Origin: an uncultured virus (IMG/VR IMGVR_UViG_3300037245_001434)
Lineage: Duplodnaviria; Heunggongvirae; Uroviricota; Caudoviricetes
DNA: 64,000 nucleotides
Direction: 5' to 3' (one strand)
Virus record (IMG/VR): IMGVR_UViG_3300037245_001434
Positions 9,790-19,570 of the stretch are shown here, one piece after another. How positions within the stretch are numbered: the first letter of the stretch is position 1; each line of letters starts with the position of its first letter. The notes under the pieces are model-generated. The model was given only the letters and a program-made list of their open reading frames with translations, did no database searches and was not told the origin of the DNA. Made by a program: the position numbers and the translations under genes.

Positions 9790-10289
9790 GCTTTGGAAAT
9801 ATATTCGTTGTTCTCTCTTCTGTTGGTGATATTGAGCTTGACGCTTCTCTAAATGAGGATCACCGGTTTCAGGCGCTAATTACCCGCAATCCTGTTGAGG
9901 ATGGATCGGTATATTCTGACAATGTTGTAACCCTGCCGTTTGAGCTAAACATGACCGCTAGGGTTTCTGATGCGTCAATGGTTCCGCTTATTCCTTCTGA
10001 AAATGGAAAGGCAATAGATGCTTATGAGGCATTAGTAGAGCTACAGAGTAATAAGGAGCTGATCGAGGTCGTTACAGGCATCCGCACCTATGCAAATATG
10101 TTTGTTGAGGAAATCAGGGTTCCGCGTGAATCGGCAGACGGTAACTCACTACGGTTTGAGCTGAAACTATCTGAGCTTTTGATAGTTGGCGGTGAGACAG
10201 TGAGCAATAGAGATAGGGTAGAGGCTGGAATACGTCACACGGCCTTACCTGTTAGCGCTGGCGGCACTGTTCAAGGTGTGCCGATATGA
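9786..10289 (+). CDS. baseplate/tail-tube initiator (Dit-like)
   Basis: ITRNPVEDGSVYSDN and VVTGIRTYANM motifs. Confidence 0.75.
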   Translation: MSFGNIFVVLSSVGDIELDASLNEDHRFQALITRNPVEDGSVYSDNVVTLPFELNMTARVSDASMVPLIPSENGKAIDAYEALVELQSNKELIEVVTGIRTYANMFVEEIRVPRESADGNSLRFELKLSELLIVGGETVSNRDRVEAGIRHTALPVSAGGTVQGVPI

Positions 10290-10594
10290 TTGTTAATATT
10301 CCAGTTCGCAGTCTCACAGATGCCTATTCATTCTCCATGCTGTTATCCGGTGATGTGTTTGAATTCTTGCTACGGTTTAATGGCAACGAGCAGAAATGGT
10401 ATATGACGGTTTTACGCAGTGATGCAATTGTCTTGGCTGGCGTTAAGTTGGTGCACTCAGAAGATCTACTTGCTCAATTCATTGCTTACGATATCCCACA
10501 AGGCACGCTATCGATACATGATAAGGATGGCAACTATGCAGATCCAAATGACTTAAACTTTGGTGAGTCAGTATTTTTGAGGTACGAGGAGTGA
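10286..10594 (+). CDS. small baseplate protein
   Basis: Synteny; LRFNG..KWYM..AGVKLV pattern. Confidence 0.65.
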   Translation: MIVNIPVRSLTDAYSFSMLLSGDVFEFLLRFNGNEQKWYMTVLRSDAIVLAGVKLVHSEDLLAQFIAYDIPQGTLSIHDKDGNYADPNDLNFGESVFLRYEE

Positions 10595-11493
10595 AATTCC
10601 TCAGATCTGTTCGCGTTTCTTTTGAGGGTGGGCCAACCATCCAGAACGTAACTAATTTACGTGTAGCGTTTGACGTTAAAAAGTCAGATGGCGAAACGAT
10701 GAATAGTGCCATCATAACTATCTACAATATGAATTCTGCTGGTCGGTATGCGCTATCGACCCCGAGACCATTCAATTCTGCCTTAGTCGGCACTGTTATT
10801 AAATGTTTACTTTATGCTGGATATGAAGGCGATGAGCAAGAGCTTATTGCTGGCGACATATTTCACGCATTTAGTACAAAGGTCGGCCCTGATTGGATAA
10901 CAACTATAGAGATATATTCTGGTATTCTGGCAGCATCTTCATCTAATGTTAATTTTGGCCTTGATGGGAAAACAAGCGCATTGAACGTAGTCAAAAAATT
11001 GACAGCCCCACTTGGCATTGATGTTGAGTACACAGCAGCCGCTAAAACTATTCTACAAAGCAAAACACTCTTTGATTTTTCAGAGTCTGGGATGCCGTTA
11101 AGATCTACTAATCGATTTTTAAATAGCTTTGGGCTTGAATTTACCATTGATGATGATAACCACGGTCTTGTCTATAAAATAGGCACGTCAAGAGATGTAG
11201 ATGCAGTATCTGGAGGTGAAAATACCTTTCATGTTCAAACTGGGCTGATCGGAACGCCAAAAATAAACCGTACTGGTGTTGATATTGTTGCACTACTACG
11301 GCCATCAATTAGCCTAATGCAAAAGGTATTCATCGTATCTAAGACAATTAGCCAACATTTACAGAAAGATGAAGCGCTGAAAAACGAATACTACGTTAAA
11401 GGGCTGCGCCATTATGGCGATACCCATGACGATGAATGGTTTACCGCGCTGGAATGTTATTACGCTGACCTAAACCCAGGGGTTTATACGTGA
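10591..11493 (+). CDS. baseplate hub protein
   Basis: LRVAFDVKK, ITIYNM, LYAGY, TGLIGTP and HYGDTH motifs. Confidence 0.8.
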   Translation: MKFLRSVRVSFEGGPTIQNVTNLRVAFDVKKSDGETMNSAIITIYNMNSAGRYALSTPRPFNSALVGTVIKCLLYAGYEGDEQELIAGDIFHAFSTKVGPDWITTIEIYSGILAASSSNVNFGLDGKTSALNVVKKLTAPLGIDVEYTAAAKTILQSKTLFDFSESGMPLRSTNRFLNSFGLEFTIDDDNHGLVYKIGTSRDVDAVSGGENTFHVQTGLIGTPKINRTGVDIVALLRPSISLMQKVFIVSKTISQHLQKDEALKNEYYVKGLRHYGDTHDDEWFTALECYYADLNPGVYT

Positions 11494-12185
11494 GTGAGCT
11501 GGCAAATCTAATCCGCGATTCGTTTATCAAAATGATGAATGATGTCCATGTGTGCATGCCTGCTCGTATTGAAAAGTACGATCCTGATACAATGCTCTGC
11601 ACTGTTGTCCCGCTGATTAAGAGAAAGTTTTATAGGCAGGAGGCAGAGAGCAACTACCCGCCAATCAATAACGTACCTATTGTGTTTAGTCGTACAGCTA
11701 CCGCCTTGATAAGGCTTCCTGTCACTACTGGCGATATTGTCACTCTGGTTTTTGCTGATACAGAGTTAAGTAACTGGATACACGGCAAGGGTGAGCCGAG
11801 CTTGCCAGCTGACTCAAGACGACACCATATCAATGATTGCTTTGCTTTCGTTGGTGGCTATCCAAAGCTTAAGCCTCACCCAGCTGTAAATCCTAATGCT
11901 CTTGAAGTAATAGTAGAAAGCGGGACAAAGATCACCATCGGTAACAAAACTGATGACCTAGTAGCGATTGCTCATGAGTCGTTTACAAAGCTATCTGAGC
12001 TATGTGCTGAGCTTTCTAGTACACTAGCAAGTGTCCAATTATTGACAGTCACATGCGCAGGTGCCGGGAATCCGTCATCGGTTCCCATAAATGCTGCAAA
12101 TTTTGCTACAATAAAGACCAATGTTGACGCTGTGAAAACAGCTGTAGATACCCAGGTAACTAAGCTAGGAAATATTAAAGTCTGA
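11490..12185 (+). CDS. baseplate central spike (Gp138-like)
   Basis: HVCMPARIEKYD, NVPIVF, GDIVTLVFAD and RRHHIND motifs. Confidence 0.85.
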   Translation: MSELANLIRDSFIKMMNDVHVCMPARIEKYDPDTMLCTVVPLIKRKFYRQEAESNYPPINNVPIVFSRTATALIRLPVTTGDIVTLVFADTELSNWIHGKGEPSLPADSRRHHINDCFAFVGGYPKLKPHPAVNPNALEVIVESGTKITIGNKTDDLVAIAHESFTKLSELCAELSSTLASVQLLTVTCAGAGNPSSVPINAANFATIKTNVDAVKTAVDTQVTKLGNIKV

Positions 12186-12526
12186 TGGATCTTAAACTCG
12201 ACAATACTAATGACCTATCAATTGTATCTGGTGATATTGAAACAATAACCGGAATCAATGAAGATGGCCAGAGAATCAAAGATAGGCTCATGACCTTCAC
12301 GGGTGAATGGTTCATGGATCTATCTTTTGGTGTCGATTATATTGGTAAGATTTTGATCAAGAATGCAAGACAGTCGGTTAGTTCTGCCCACATTAGAACA
12401 GCCATCCTTAAGAGTGTCACCGGAAAAATTACAGCGTTCAGCTCATCCCTGCAAAATAGAGAGCTTACGGCTAGCTATACCGTTAAAATTGGCACTGAAT
12501 CAATAACCGATGAGATCACCATATAA
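12185..12526 (+). CDS. baseplate wedge/sheath initiator (gp25/gp46-like)
   Basis: RLMTFTGEWFMDLSFGVDY motif. Confidence 0.8.
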   Translation: MDLKLDNTNDLSIVSGDIETITGINEDGQRIKDRLMTFTGEWFMDLSFGVDYIGKILIKNARQSVSSAHIRTAILKSVTGKITAFSSSLQNRELTASYTVKIGTESITDEITI

Positions 12527-13902
12527 TGCCATACGGTTTAACATCAAGTGGGTTTATCACAAAGCGCCTTGCTGATAGTCAGGCTGAATTAGAGTCGCTG
12601 TATAGGTCTACTTTTGGGGCAGGAATTAAGACCACGCCGGATACCGTATTTGGTAAGATGATCGGAATTCAGGCAGAGCGAGAGGCTGAAATATGGGAGG
12701 TGGCAGAGGCCACTTACAATAACTTTTACCCTAACTCAGCTTCTGATATCTCGCTTGATAGAGCTTGTGAGATTACCGGCACTGTTCGCAATGCAGCGAC
12801 TCATTCAACAGTTACCGAGTACCTTGCTGGAACAAACCTAACAGCCATACCAGCGCTGACAATATTCAGCGTTGCAGACTCAGAGGTTCAGTTTGAGACT
12901 TTGGCAGCTGCCGTACTATCTGGTAGTAATTTTGCTATAACTAGCGTTACCAGATCAGGTACTACGGTTACGGTAACGACACCCGTCGCACATGGCAGAG
13001 CCGATCAAAGCTTTGTCTTTATGAATGATGCTGTTGAGACAGACTATAACGGACTTAAGCAGATTACAGTAACCGGTGCGAGCACTTACACCTACGAAAT
13101 AGCCACAACACCGGCTACTCCAGCAACCGGTACGATTACTGCCGACCCTGCGACAGCAGTAGATTGTCAAAGTGTTGATGCCGGATCATTTGAGGCTCTT
13201 GCTAATACGCTAACCAATATTGTAACTAATGTTTCAGGGCTTGATCGTGTTGAGAACTATATCGATGCGGTAGAGGGTTCTGATACTGAAACTGATGCAG
13301 AGCTTCGCATTCGTCGCATTAACGCGCTGATCGGCATTGCAGCTGCTAGGATAGATGGTATACGTGGCTACCTATTGGCGGTTCCTAATGTTACGGCGGC
13401 TTCCGTCTATGAAAACACCACTTTAGTAGTTGATGGTGATGGTCGCCCAGGTAAAAGTATTGAATGTCTCGTTGTTGGTGGCACTGATCAAGATATATTT
13501 GACGCCGTATGGAATCGAAAAGCAGGCGGCATAGAGGCTTTTGGCTCAGAATCTGGCACCACCACGGATAGCGAGGGCAATTCACAAGATTCATATTTTA
13601 GCAGGCCAACCGGCGTAGATATCTGGCTAGAGTTAGATGTCGCTGTTGATGCTACTTATCCAAGTGATGGTGACGACCTAGTTGAAGCTGCAATACTAGA
13701 TTATGAGGCAACACTTGAGATTGGCGAGGATGTAGTGGTGTACCCTTACCTCGTATCGTCTATTGCCGGCATCACAGGAATTACCGATGTTGTGGTTAGA
13801 ATCGGGCTTTCAGCAAGCCCAACGCTAGATAACAACATTCCTATTGACCAAACAGAAATAGCCGACTTTGATTCATCAAGAATCATAGTTGCACAGGTAT
13901 AA
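12526..13902 (+). CDS. baseplate J-like wedge protein with inserted domain
   Basis: YGLTSSGF, GSDTETDAELRIRR and VYENTT motifs. Confidence 0.85.
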   Translation: MPYGLTSSGFITKRLADSQAELESLYRSTFGAGIKTTPDTVFGKMIGIQAEREAEIWEVAEATYNNFYPNSASDISLDRACEITGTVRNAATHSTVTEYLAGTNLTAIPALTIFSVADSEVQFETLAAAVLSGSNFAITSVTRSGTTVTVTTPVAHGRADQSFVFMNDAVETDYNGLKQITVTGASTYTYEIATTPATPATGTITADPATAVDCQSVDAGSFEALANTLTNIVTNVSGLDRVENYIDAVEGSDTETDAELRIRRINALIGIAAARIDGIRGYLLAVPNVTAASVYENTTLVVDGDGRPGKSIECLVVGGTDQDIFDAVWNRKAGGIEAFGSESGTTTDSEGNSQDSYFSRPTGVDIWLELDVAVDATYPSDGDDLVEAAILDYEATLEIGEDVVVYPYLVSSIAGITGITDVVVRIGLSASPTLDNNIPIDQTEIADFDSSRIIVAQV

Positions 13903-13906
13903 ATAG

Positions 13907-15310
13907 ATGAGCAGACCAAACGAGCAACCTTCCTGGACTGATGATGATGATCCGGCCAAAGTAACCGAGCCTTCAGGCACTAAAAAACTTCAGGGATGGA
14001 TCTATAAAGAGCGCCCTGCTTTTCAGTATTGGAACTGGATGTTCAGGAACTTTGTTAAATGGCTTTTGCACCTTGATGTAAGCACTAACCACTTTGACCC
14101 TCATGAGGCTGCAACGCCTGATATGACTGTGGTTATTAGTGCCGGTATTGTGCAGAATGGCGTTTTAGTGACTCAAGTTGCTGAGCAGACAACATCAACA
14201 ATTACCGCGCCTTCTGTAAATCCACGTATTGATCGCATTGTAATCGATAATGTTACTGGCGTTTATTCTATTGTAGCTGGTGCTGAGGCCGTTACTCCAG
14301 TAGTGCCAGCAATAACGGCCTATAAAACTGCGATCTGCCAAATTTTACTGGAAACAACAACAACAACAATCACCGATGATTTGATAGTAAACGAAAGAGC
14401 GACCCTATCAAATACCGCTCAGAATGCCGAGTTCATAGCCTCTAATTGGTTTGAGGAGTCAAGCGCTTCGTTTGGCAATTCTGCATCAAACTTCACCATG
14501 AGATTTAATGATGCCGACGGTTATTGGTTAGCTATTCCAGGTTCATCAGGAGGATCAGCTAGAAAATCATTAGATGGTAGAAATTGGACCGCGCATAGCT
14601 TAGCTGCCGGCACATATTCAGCTCAGAGTTTATTTTGGAATGGATCAGATCTATGGGTTACGGTTTTCCTAGGTGCTAGCGATGTAGAGTCTTCGCCTGA
14701 TGGTGAAACGTGGACAGCTAGATCGTTTGCGGCAATGGGTGCTCCATATTGTGTGGCGCACGATCAAAGCGGGCTATGGGTTGCAGGCGGAACGGTCACT
14801 ACCTTAGAAACATCACCAGACGGCATTACCTGGACCGCAAGAACATCCGCCTTCACAGGGTCAAACGGTATATTTGCTGTTGCACATGATGGTAGTGGAT
14901 TATGGGCAGCTGTTGGCAATGGCGGAGAGATCTCCACATCACCAGACGGCATTACCTGGACCGCAAGAACTAGCGGAGTATCTGACACAATAACTAGCGT
15001 GGCACATGACAAGCTTGGCCGGTGGGTTGCTGGAACTGGTGCAGGCGAGCTAATAACGTCGGCTGACGGCATTACGTGGACATCTCTTGGTGTACCTGTC
15101 TCTACTGAACGCATATCATGTTTAGAGTTTCACAATAATACATGGGTAGCAGCAGATGATGATGGCGTATTTATTACGTCAATGGACGGCATTAACTGGA
15201 CTCAACGTCCTGGAGTTGAATCTGGAGTTCGTGGTGCGGCTTACGGCCAGGGACATTGGATGGCGGCTATATTGAAAGCTAATGTAATCCTTAAGTCACT
15301 GGTTAGCTAA
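13907..15310 (+). CDS. tail fibre/receptor-binding protein with BNR (Asp-box) beta-propeller
   Basis: ERPAFQYWNW fibre N-terminus, NPRIDRIV, repeated SPDGxTWT; exact 35-bp repeat at 14810-14844 and 14936-14970. Confidence 0.75.
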   Translation: MSRPNEQPSWTDDDDPAKVTEPSGTKKLQGWIYKERPAFQYWNWMFRNFVKWLLHLDVSTNHFDPHEAATPDMTVVISAGIVQNGVLVTQVAEQTTSTITAPSVNPRIDRIVIDNVTGVYSIVAGAEAVTPVVPAITAYKTAICQILLETTTTTITDDLIVNERATLSNTAQNAEFIASNWFEESSASFGNSASNFTMRFNDADGYWLAIPGSSGGSARKSLDGRNWTAHSLAAGTYSAQSLFWNGSDLWVTVFLGASDVESSPDGETWTARSFAAMGAPYCVAHDQSGLWVAGGTVTTLETSPDGITWTARTSAFTGSNGIFAVAHDGSGLWAAVGNGGEISTSPDGITWTARTSGVSDTITSVAHDKLGRWVAGTGAGELITSADGITWTSLGVPVSTERISCLEFHNNTWVAADDDGVFITSMDGINWTQRPGVESGVRGAAYGQGHWMAAILKANVILKSLVS

Positions 15311-15312
15311 CA

Positions 15313-16890
15313 ATGCCAATAACCGACAACCAAGACCACGTAGAAGAAGCGAAAGCCAGACTGCCACGACAGTTTGACAATTCGCCGAATCTTGTCGCCT
15401 TGGTTGGATTGAATGCAGGTAGGTTTCAGGATCTAAACGACACCCTGATAAAAGTACATGAAGAAACGTCTGTTCTAACTGGATACGGTAAGCAGCTAGA
15501 CAATATAGCCCAATACCTGAACTTAACCAGAATAACTGGTGAGTCTGACTCTGCCTTTGCAGCAAGGATTATTGCCGAAACGGCGGTATTAGCTAAATCA
15601 GGTGAGCCAGAGCATTTAATTGAAACCTATAAGCTATTAACTTCGGCGATTACAATATTCTATGCAGAATACTACCCAGCTGGCGTTCAGTTAACAGCCC
15701 ACGTTGCATCTTATCCCGAAGATCCAGATGTTGATGAGAGTATCGTCACAGGAATGGACAACGCCAGAGCAGGTGGTGTTGATATAGCTCTGATAATCTC
15801 ACCTGAAACTGAATATTTTATGCTGGATTCATCAGATAATGTTGATGGATCTGGAAATGGAACATCAAGCGCTGATTATGGTTTAGGCAGTACGTCGGAG
15901 GCTGACGGCGGCAGGTTATCAAGGGTAATTAGTAGGTCGTATTTGTCTCTCATAGAGAGGTATACGTTTTTTTGGGTGTCTAGAGCGAGTGCAGCTGATA
16001 ATGATTGGCGGTCTATTTGCTGGTCGCCCGAGCTATCACTGTTTGTTGCGGTAGCACTTGACGGCACCGGCAATCGCGTAATGACTTCGCCTGATGGTAT
16101 TAATTGGACGACCAGAACAAGCGCTGCTGATAATACTTGGTATTCTGTTTGCTGGTCTCCTGAGTTGACACTGTTTGTTGCTGTGGCGGCTGGCGGCACC
16201 GGCAATCGTGTCATGACTTCGCCTGATGGCGTTACTTGGACGATCAGAACGAGTGCAGCTGATAATAACTGGCTTTCTATTTGCTGGTCGCCCGAGCTAT
16301 CACTGTTTGTTGCGGTAGCACTTGACGGCACCGGCAATCGCGTAATGACTTCGCCTGATGGTATTAATTGGACGACCAGAACGAGTGCAGCTGATAATGA
16401 TTGGCGTTCTGTTTGTTGGTCGCCTGAGTTGACACTGTTTGTTGCTGTGGCGGGTACGGGCGCAGGTGACCGCGTAATGACCTCGCCTGATGGCGTTAAT
16501 TGGACGATCAGAACGAGTGCAGCTGATAATAACTGGTTTTCTGTTTGCTGGTCGCCTGAGTTGACACTGTTTGTTGCTGTGGCAACTAACGGCACCGGCA
16601 ATCGCGTAATGACTTCGCCTGATGGCGTTAATTGGACGATCAGAACGAGTGCAGCTGATAATAACTGGTATTCTGTTTGCTGGTCTCCTGAGTTGACACT
16701 GTTTGTTGCTGTGGCGGGTACGGGCGCAGGTGACCGCGTAATGACTTCGCCTGATGGCGTTACTTGGACGATCAGAACGAGTGCAGCTGATAATAACTGG
16801 TTTTCTGTTTGCTGGTCGCCTGAGTTGACACTGTTTGCATCGGTATCGGGTACGGGCACAGGCAATCGTGTCATGACTTCTTCTGTTTAA
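15313..16890 (+). CDS. baseplate wedge (DUF2612-like) domain fused to a 7-repeat BNR beta-propeller
   Basis: N-terminal RLPRQF..GKQLDNIA; seven C-terminal 44-aa repeats. Confidence 0.75.
   Translation: MPITDNQDHVEEAKARLPRQFDNSPNLVALVGLNAGRFQDLNDTLIKVHEETSVLTGYGKQLDNIAQYLNLTRITGESDSAFAARIIAETAVLAKSGEPEHLIETYKLLTSAITIFYAEYYPAGVQLTAHVASYPEDPDVDESIVTGMDNARAGGVDIALIISPETEYFMLDSSDNVDGSGNGTSSADYGLGSTSEADGGRLSRVISRSYLSLIERYTFFWVSRASAADNDWRSICWSPELSLFVAVALDGTGNRVMTSPDGINWTTRTSAADNTWYSVCWSPELTLFVAVAAGGTGNRVMTSPDGVTWTIRTSAADNNWLSICWSPELSLFVAVALDGTGNRVMTSPDGINWTTRTSAADNDWRSVCWSPELTLFVAVAGTGAGDRVMTSPDGVNWTIRTSAADNNWFSVCWSPELTLFVAVATNGTGNRVMTSPDGVNWTIRTSAADNNWYSVCWSPELTLFVAVAGTGAGDRVMTSPDGVTWTIRTSAADNNWFSVCWSPELTLFASVSGTGTGNRVMTSSV
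15982..16881 (+). repeat. 7 tandem 132-bp coding repeats (last truncated)
   Basis: GCAGCTGATAAT-type anchor recurs at 15991, 16123, 16255, 16387, 16519, 16651 and 16783. Confidence 0.95.
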
Positions 16891-16939
16891 TGGTTTATTT
16901 TCAATGAAACTAGCATTCTACAAAGGCAAGGGCCTATAA

Positions 16940-17149
16940 ATGGCTACGCACGTCGATAGCGTAACTGGTGGGGGGATAGGTGCAACACTGATAACAGTGC
17001 TAGCCATAGTATTTGAGTTTTTTGATACTCATTACCGTGGTATTGCCGCATTAACTGGCGTCTGTATGCTGCTACTTACGTGGTGGAATATGCGAAGGAT
17101 GCAAGAGATAGCTGAATCTAAGACTGGGAGGCGTAAAGACGATGAGTGA
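16940..17149 (+). CDS. putative holin
   Basis: Two hydrophobic segments, charged C-terminus, directly before endolysin. Confidence 0.65.
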   Translation: MATHVDSVTGGGIGATLITVLAIVFEFFDTHYRGIAALTGVCMLLLTWWNMRRMQEIAESKTGRRKDDE

Positions 17150-17540
17150 ACGACTATCTAAAAACCTATCACGTCATGAGATGGCTTGCCGTGATAACTG
17201 CGGCTTCGATACTGCAGACACAAAACTGGTTTATGTTATCCAGGAGTGTTGCGATCACTTTGCAGCCAAGTACCACCAAAGAGTAAGGCTAGATGTTACC
17301 GGTCCAAATCGATGCCTAAAGCGAAATATAGAAGAGGGTGGATCTGATGATTCAGAACACCTTAACGCCAAGGCAATGGATTACGTTATATCGCTAGCTG
17401 ATGGCACGATAATCACCCCTAAAGAAATTTATGATCACATGGACGCTAAATATCCTGATACTTTCGGCCAGGGAATTTACGACGACCGCAATCATACGGA
17501 TGTAAGGCTGATTAAAGCACGATGGGACAACAGAACATGA
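17142..17540 (+). CDS. endolysin, peptidase M15-like
   Basis: LSKNLSRHEMAC, SEHLNAKAMD and HTDVR motifs. Confidence 0.8.
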   Translation: MSERLSKNLSRHEMACRDNCGFDTADTKLVYVIQECCDHFAAKYHQRVRLDVTGPNRCLKRNIEEGGSDDSEHLNAKAMDYVISLADGTIITPKEIYDHMDAKYPDTFGQGIYDDRNHTDVRLIKARWDNRT

Positions 17541-17649
17541 GAAACATAGCGATGTTTCTAGGTGCAATGCCAGTAATGATAGGCTTGATGGGCATATGCT
17601 TCATTGGTCTTATTGTTGAGCTTATCTCATTAGCTATGGGATCTGCCAG

Positions 17650-18123
17650 ATGGTCTTACTAAAAATACTCATAACCGCACTATCTGCCGCCATATTCCTA
17701 ATGATGTCGGCCCCTGTATCTGCAGCATTAAGCATATTTAACGAGGGCTATGATTGCACAATAACAGCAGATGAAGTGGTTGGATCTGATAAGTACCGCG
17801 TCTATGTTGGTCAATCTACGGTTATGATGCAGCCTGCAGTAGATGGTGATGAGCCTTCGTTTAAATGTTCAGCTGCTGGCGTTATTGATCCAGGTCAATA
17901 CTATATTGCTATGACAGCGTTAAAAGTTGGGGTTGAATCAGTTCTATCTAGTTATGTGATTGCTGTTATTGGTGATGATAAGGCGTGCGGAAAGTTTATT
18001 AGCGGTGCTGGAGGTGAAGTTGAGTTGTGCGTCACTAATAAGTATGGCCAGGACTATTATAAGTCAATTATACTTTATAAAAATAAATCCATCTTAGAAA
18101 GAACTTCAAGGGCCGTACCATGA
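17650..18123 (+). CDS. exported hypothetical protein
   Basis: N-terminal signal peptide; beta-rich body. Confidence 0.5.
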   Translation: MVLLKILITALSAAIFLMMSAPVSAALSIFNEGYDCTITADEVVGSDKYRVYVGQSTVMMQPAVDGDEPSFKCSAAGVIDPGQYYIAMTALKVGVESVLSSYVIAVIGDDKACGKFISGAGGEVELCVTNKYGQDYYKSIILYKNKSILERTSRAVP

Positions 18124-18300
18124 AGAGGCGAATGATATGAACCTAGATAAATTATGTGAAGATATTGCACAAGCTATTCGTGATAGCTATACGAACGCTG
18201 GGGCACATAGTGGCATTTCAAAAAGAGGTGAGGAAGATATTGCAGCCAAACTAAAAGCGCTTGTTGCTGCGGTTATTGAAGAGCTAAAGGAGGTTAAATA

Positions 18301-18807
18301 ATGGACTGGATGAAAAAGCTTGGTGAGTATGCTCCACACATTGTCTCTGCAATAGCCTCTGGTGGTGCGACACTGCCATCTTTAGCTATGAAGGCCGTAG
18401 GCGATGCCTTTGGTGAAGATATCACAGATGAGGGTAAGCTATCAGCTGTTATCGATGCAGCCACGCCAGATCAGCTATTAAAGCTCAAGTCGGTGGATAA
18501 CAATTTCAAACTTGAAATGCAGCGGCTATCTAATGAGTTAGAGTTTGGCGAAATTGCGGACACTCAGCACGCCAGAGAGCAGCATAAAACGTCACGTATG
18601 CCTGCAATCCTGTGTTGCGCTTTAACCATTATGGTTGGGTGTATTGTGGTCGCTCTATTCAATATAGAGATTCCAGCAAAGAATGAAGGGACGCTTTATA
18701 TTGTCGTAGGCCAGATACTCACTCTGTGGGGCGGAAGTGTAGCCTACTGGGTTGGCACTACACGCAGCTCTCACGATAAAACAAAGCTGCTAGGTAAGGA
18801 TAAATAG
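18301..18807 (+). CDS. lysis-module membrane protein (holin-like)
   Basis: DTQHARE, two TM segments and YWVGTTRSSHDK tail, typical of phage 3TM-holin-like proteins. Confidence 0.65.
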   Translation: MDWMKKLGEYAPHIVSAIASGGATLPSLAMKAVGDAFGEDITDEGKLSAVIDAATPDQLLKLKSVDNNFKLEMQRLSNELEFGEIADTQHAREQHKTSRMPAILCCALTIMVGCIVVALFNIEIPAKNEGTLYIVVGQILTLWGGSVAYWVGTTRSSHDKTKLLGKDK

Positions 18808-18842
18808 TAGGCTCAAGAACAACCCCTCCGTAGTAACGGTTT

Positions 18843-18870
18843 AGCCCTCGTATTCTGAGGGCTTCTTTTT
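18843..18870 (+). terminator. intrinsic terminator
   Basis: AGCCCTC/GAGGGCT stem plus T tract. Confidence 0.75.
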
Positions 18871-18950
18871 GCCTTGAATTTGACTTTTTTGGTAGTCGTG
18901 CTAATAATGAACTTGCGATTGATCAATCCAACTTACCTATGGGAGGTAAT

Positions 18951-19283
18951 ATGCATAAAATCGTTCTTTCTATGATCTGCATCAGTGTGATGCTCTTGTT
19001 TTCCGCTAATGCGTCGGCAGTTGAATTCAGCCCCGGCTTTGCCACTCCTGATGGTGCTGGTTATACCGCTACTATTGATACTGGCGTTGCTGTTGCAGCC
19101 AGTGAGCATCAATGCAATGGTTGCCATGCCGTAAAAGTAACTCAGTCATTTAAAATGCAGTCTATTGGAGGTGATCCAAATCTTAATGAGCCGAAAAGTT
19201 ATGGCTCTGAAGTTGCGAGTATTAGCCCTGTAAATATGATCACTGCAAATTACGGCAATCATGAGGTTGCCTGGCCAGCGTAA
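18951..19283 (+). CDS. exported protein with CxxCH motif (moron-like)
   Basis: GGAGG RBS, signal peptide, CNGCH; putative promoter TTGACT-17-AATAAT at 18880-18908; terminators on both sides. Confidence 0.6.
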   Translation: MHKIVLSMICISVMLLFSANASAVEFSPGFATPDGAGYTATIDTGVAVAASEHQCNGCHAVKVTQSFKMQSIGGDPNLNEPKSYGSEVASISPVNMITANYGNHEVAWPA

Positions 19284-19326
19284 GGAGCGAAGTCGGGTAA
19301 ATGTTCTGCATTTTCCCTCTAAAAGG

Positions 19327-19355
19327 AAAGCCACCTCATTAGAAGTGGCTTTTTT
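19327..19355. terminator. intrinsic terminator, possibly bidirectional
   Basis: AAAGCCAC/GTGGCTTT stem plus T tract, between convergent units. Confidence 0.75.
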
Positions 19356-19378
19356 ATTGCCCGGGATAGTCAGGTAAA

Positions 19379-19457
19379 AGTTTCTACCTATTCCAATATG
19401 CCCACTTTCTACATATTACAATATGGCCCGTTCTGTCTAGCTCTCTGTTATGTGTCA
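19379..19457 (+). repeat. attI-like site L (copy 1 of 79-bp inverted repeat), core GTTATGT 19447-19453
   Basis: 21-bp and 27-bp blocks identical to the reverse complement of 40503-40581; lies at the head of attC array 1. Confidence 0.75.
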
Positions 19458-19570
19458 TGTAGGTGGCTTAGCAAACGGTATCAATCTGGCATAATATGCC
19501 GCCATCAATAAACTGTATGACATCAGCCCATTAAGTGAGCAATAAAAAAGCGCCGCAAGTATTAGGTCGG

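Noticed and set aside
15876..16874. 332-aa antisense ORF
   Set aside because: Shadow of the 132-bp coding repeat; a stop-free unit repeated in frame gives a long antisense ORF
15982..16881. Diversity-generating retroelement or CRISPR array
   Set aside because: No reverse transcriptase or cas gene; differences are not adenine-specific; repeats are contiguous in-frame coding units without spacers
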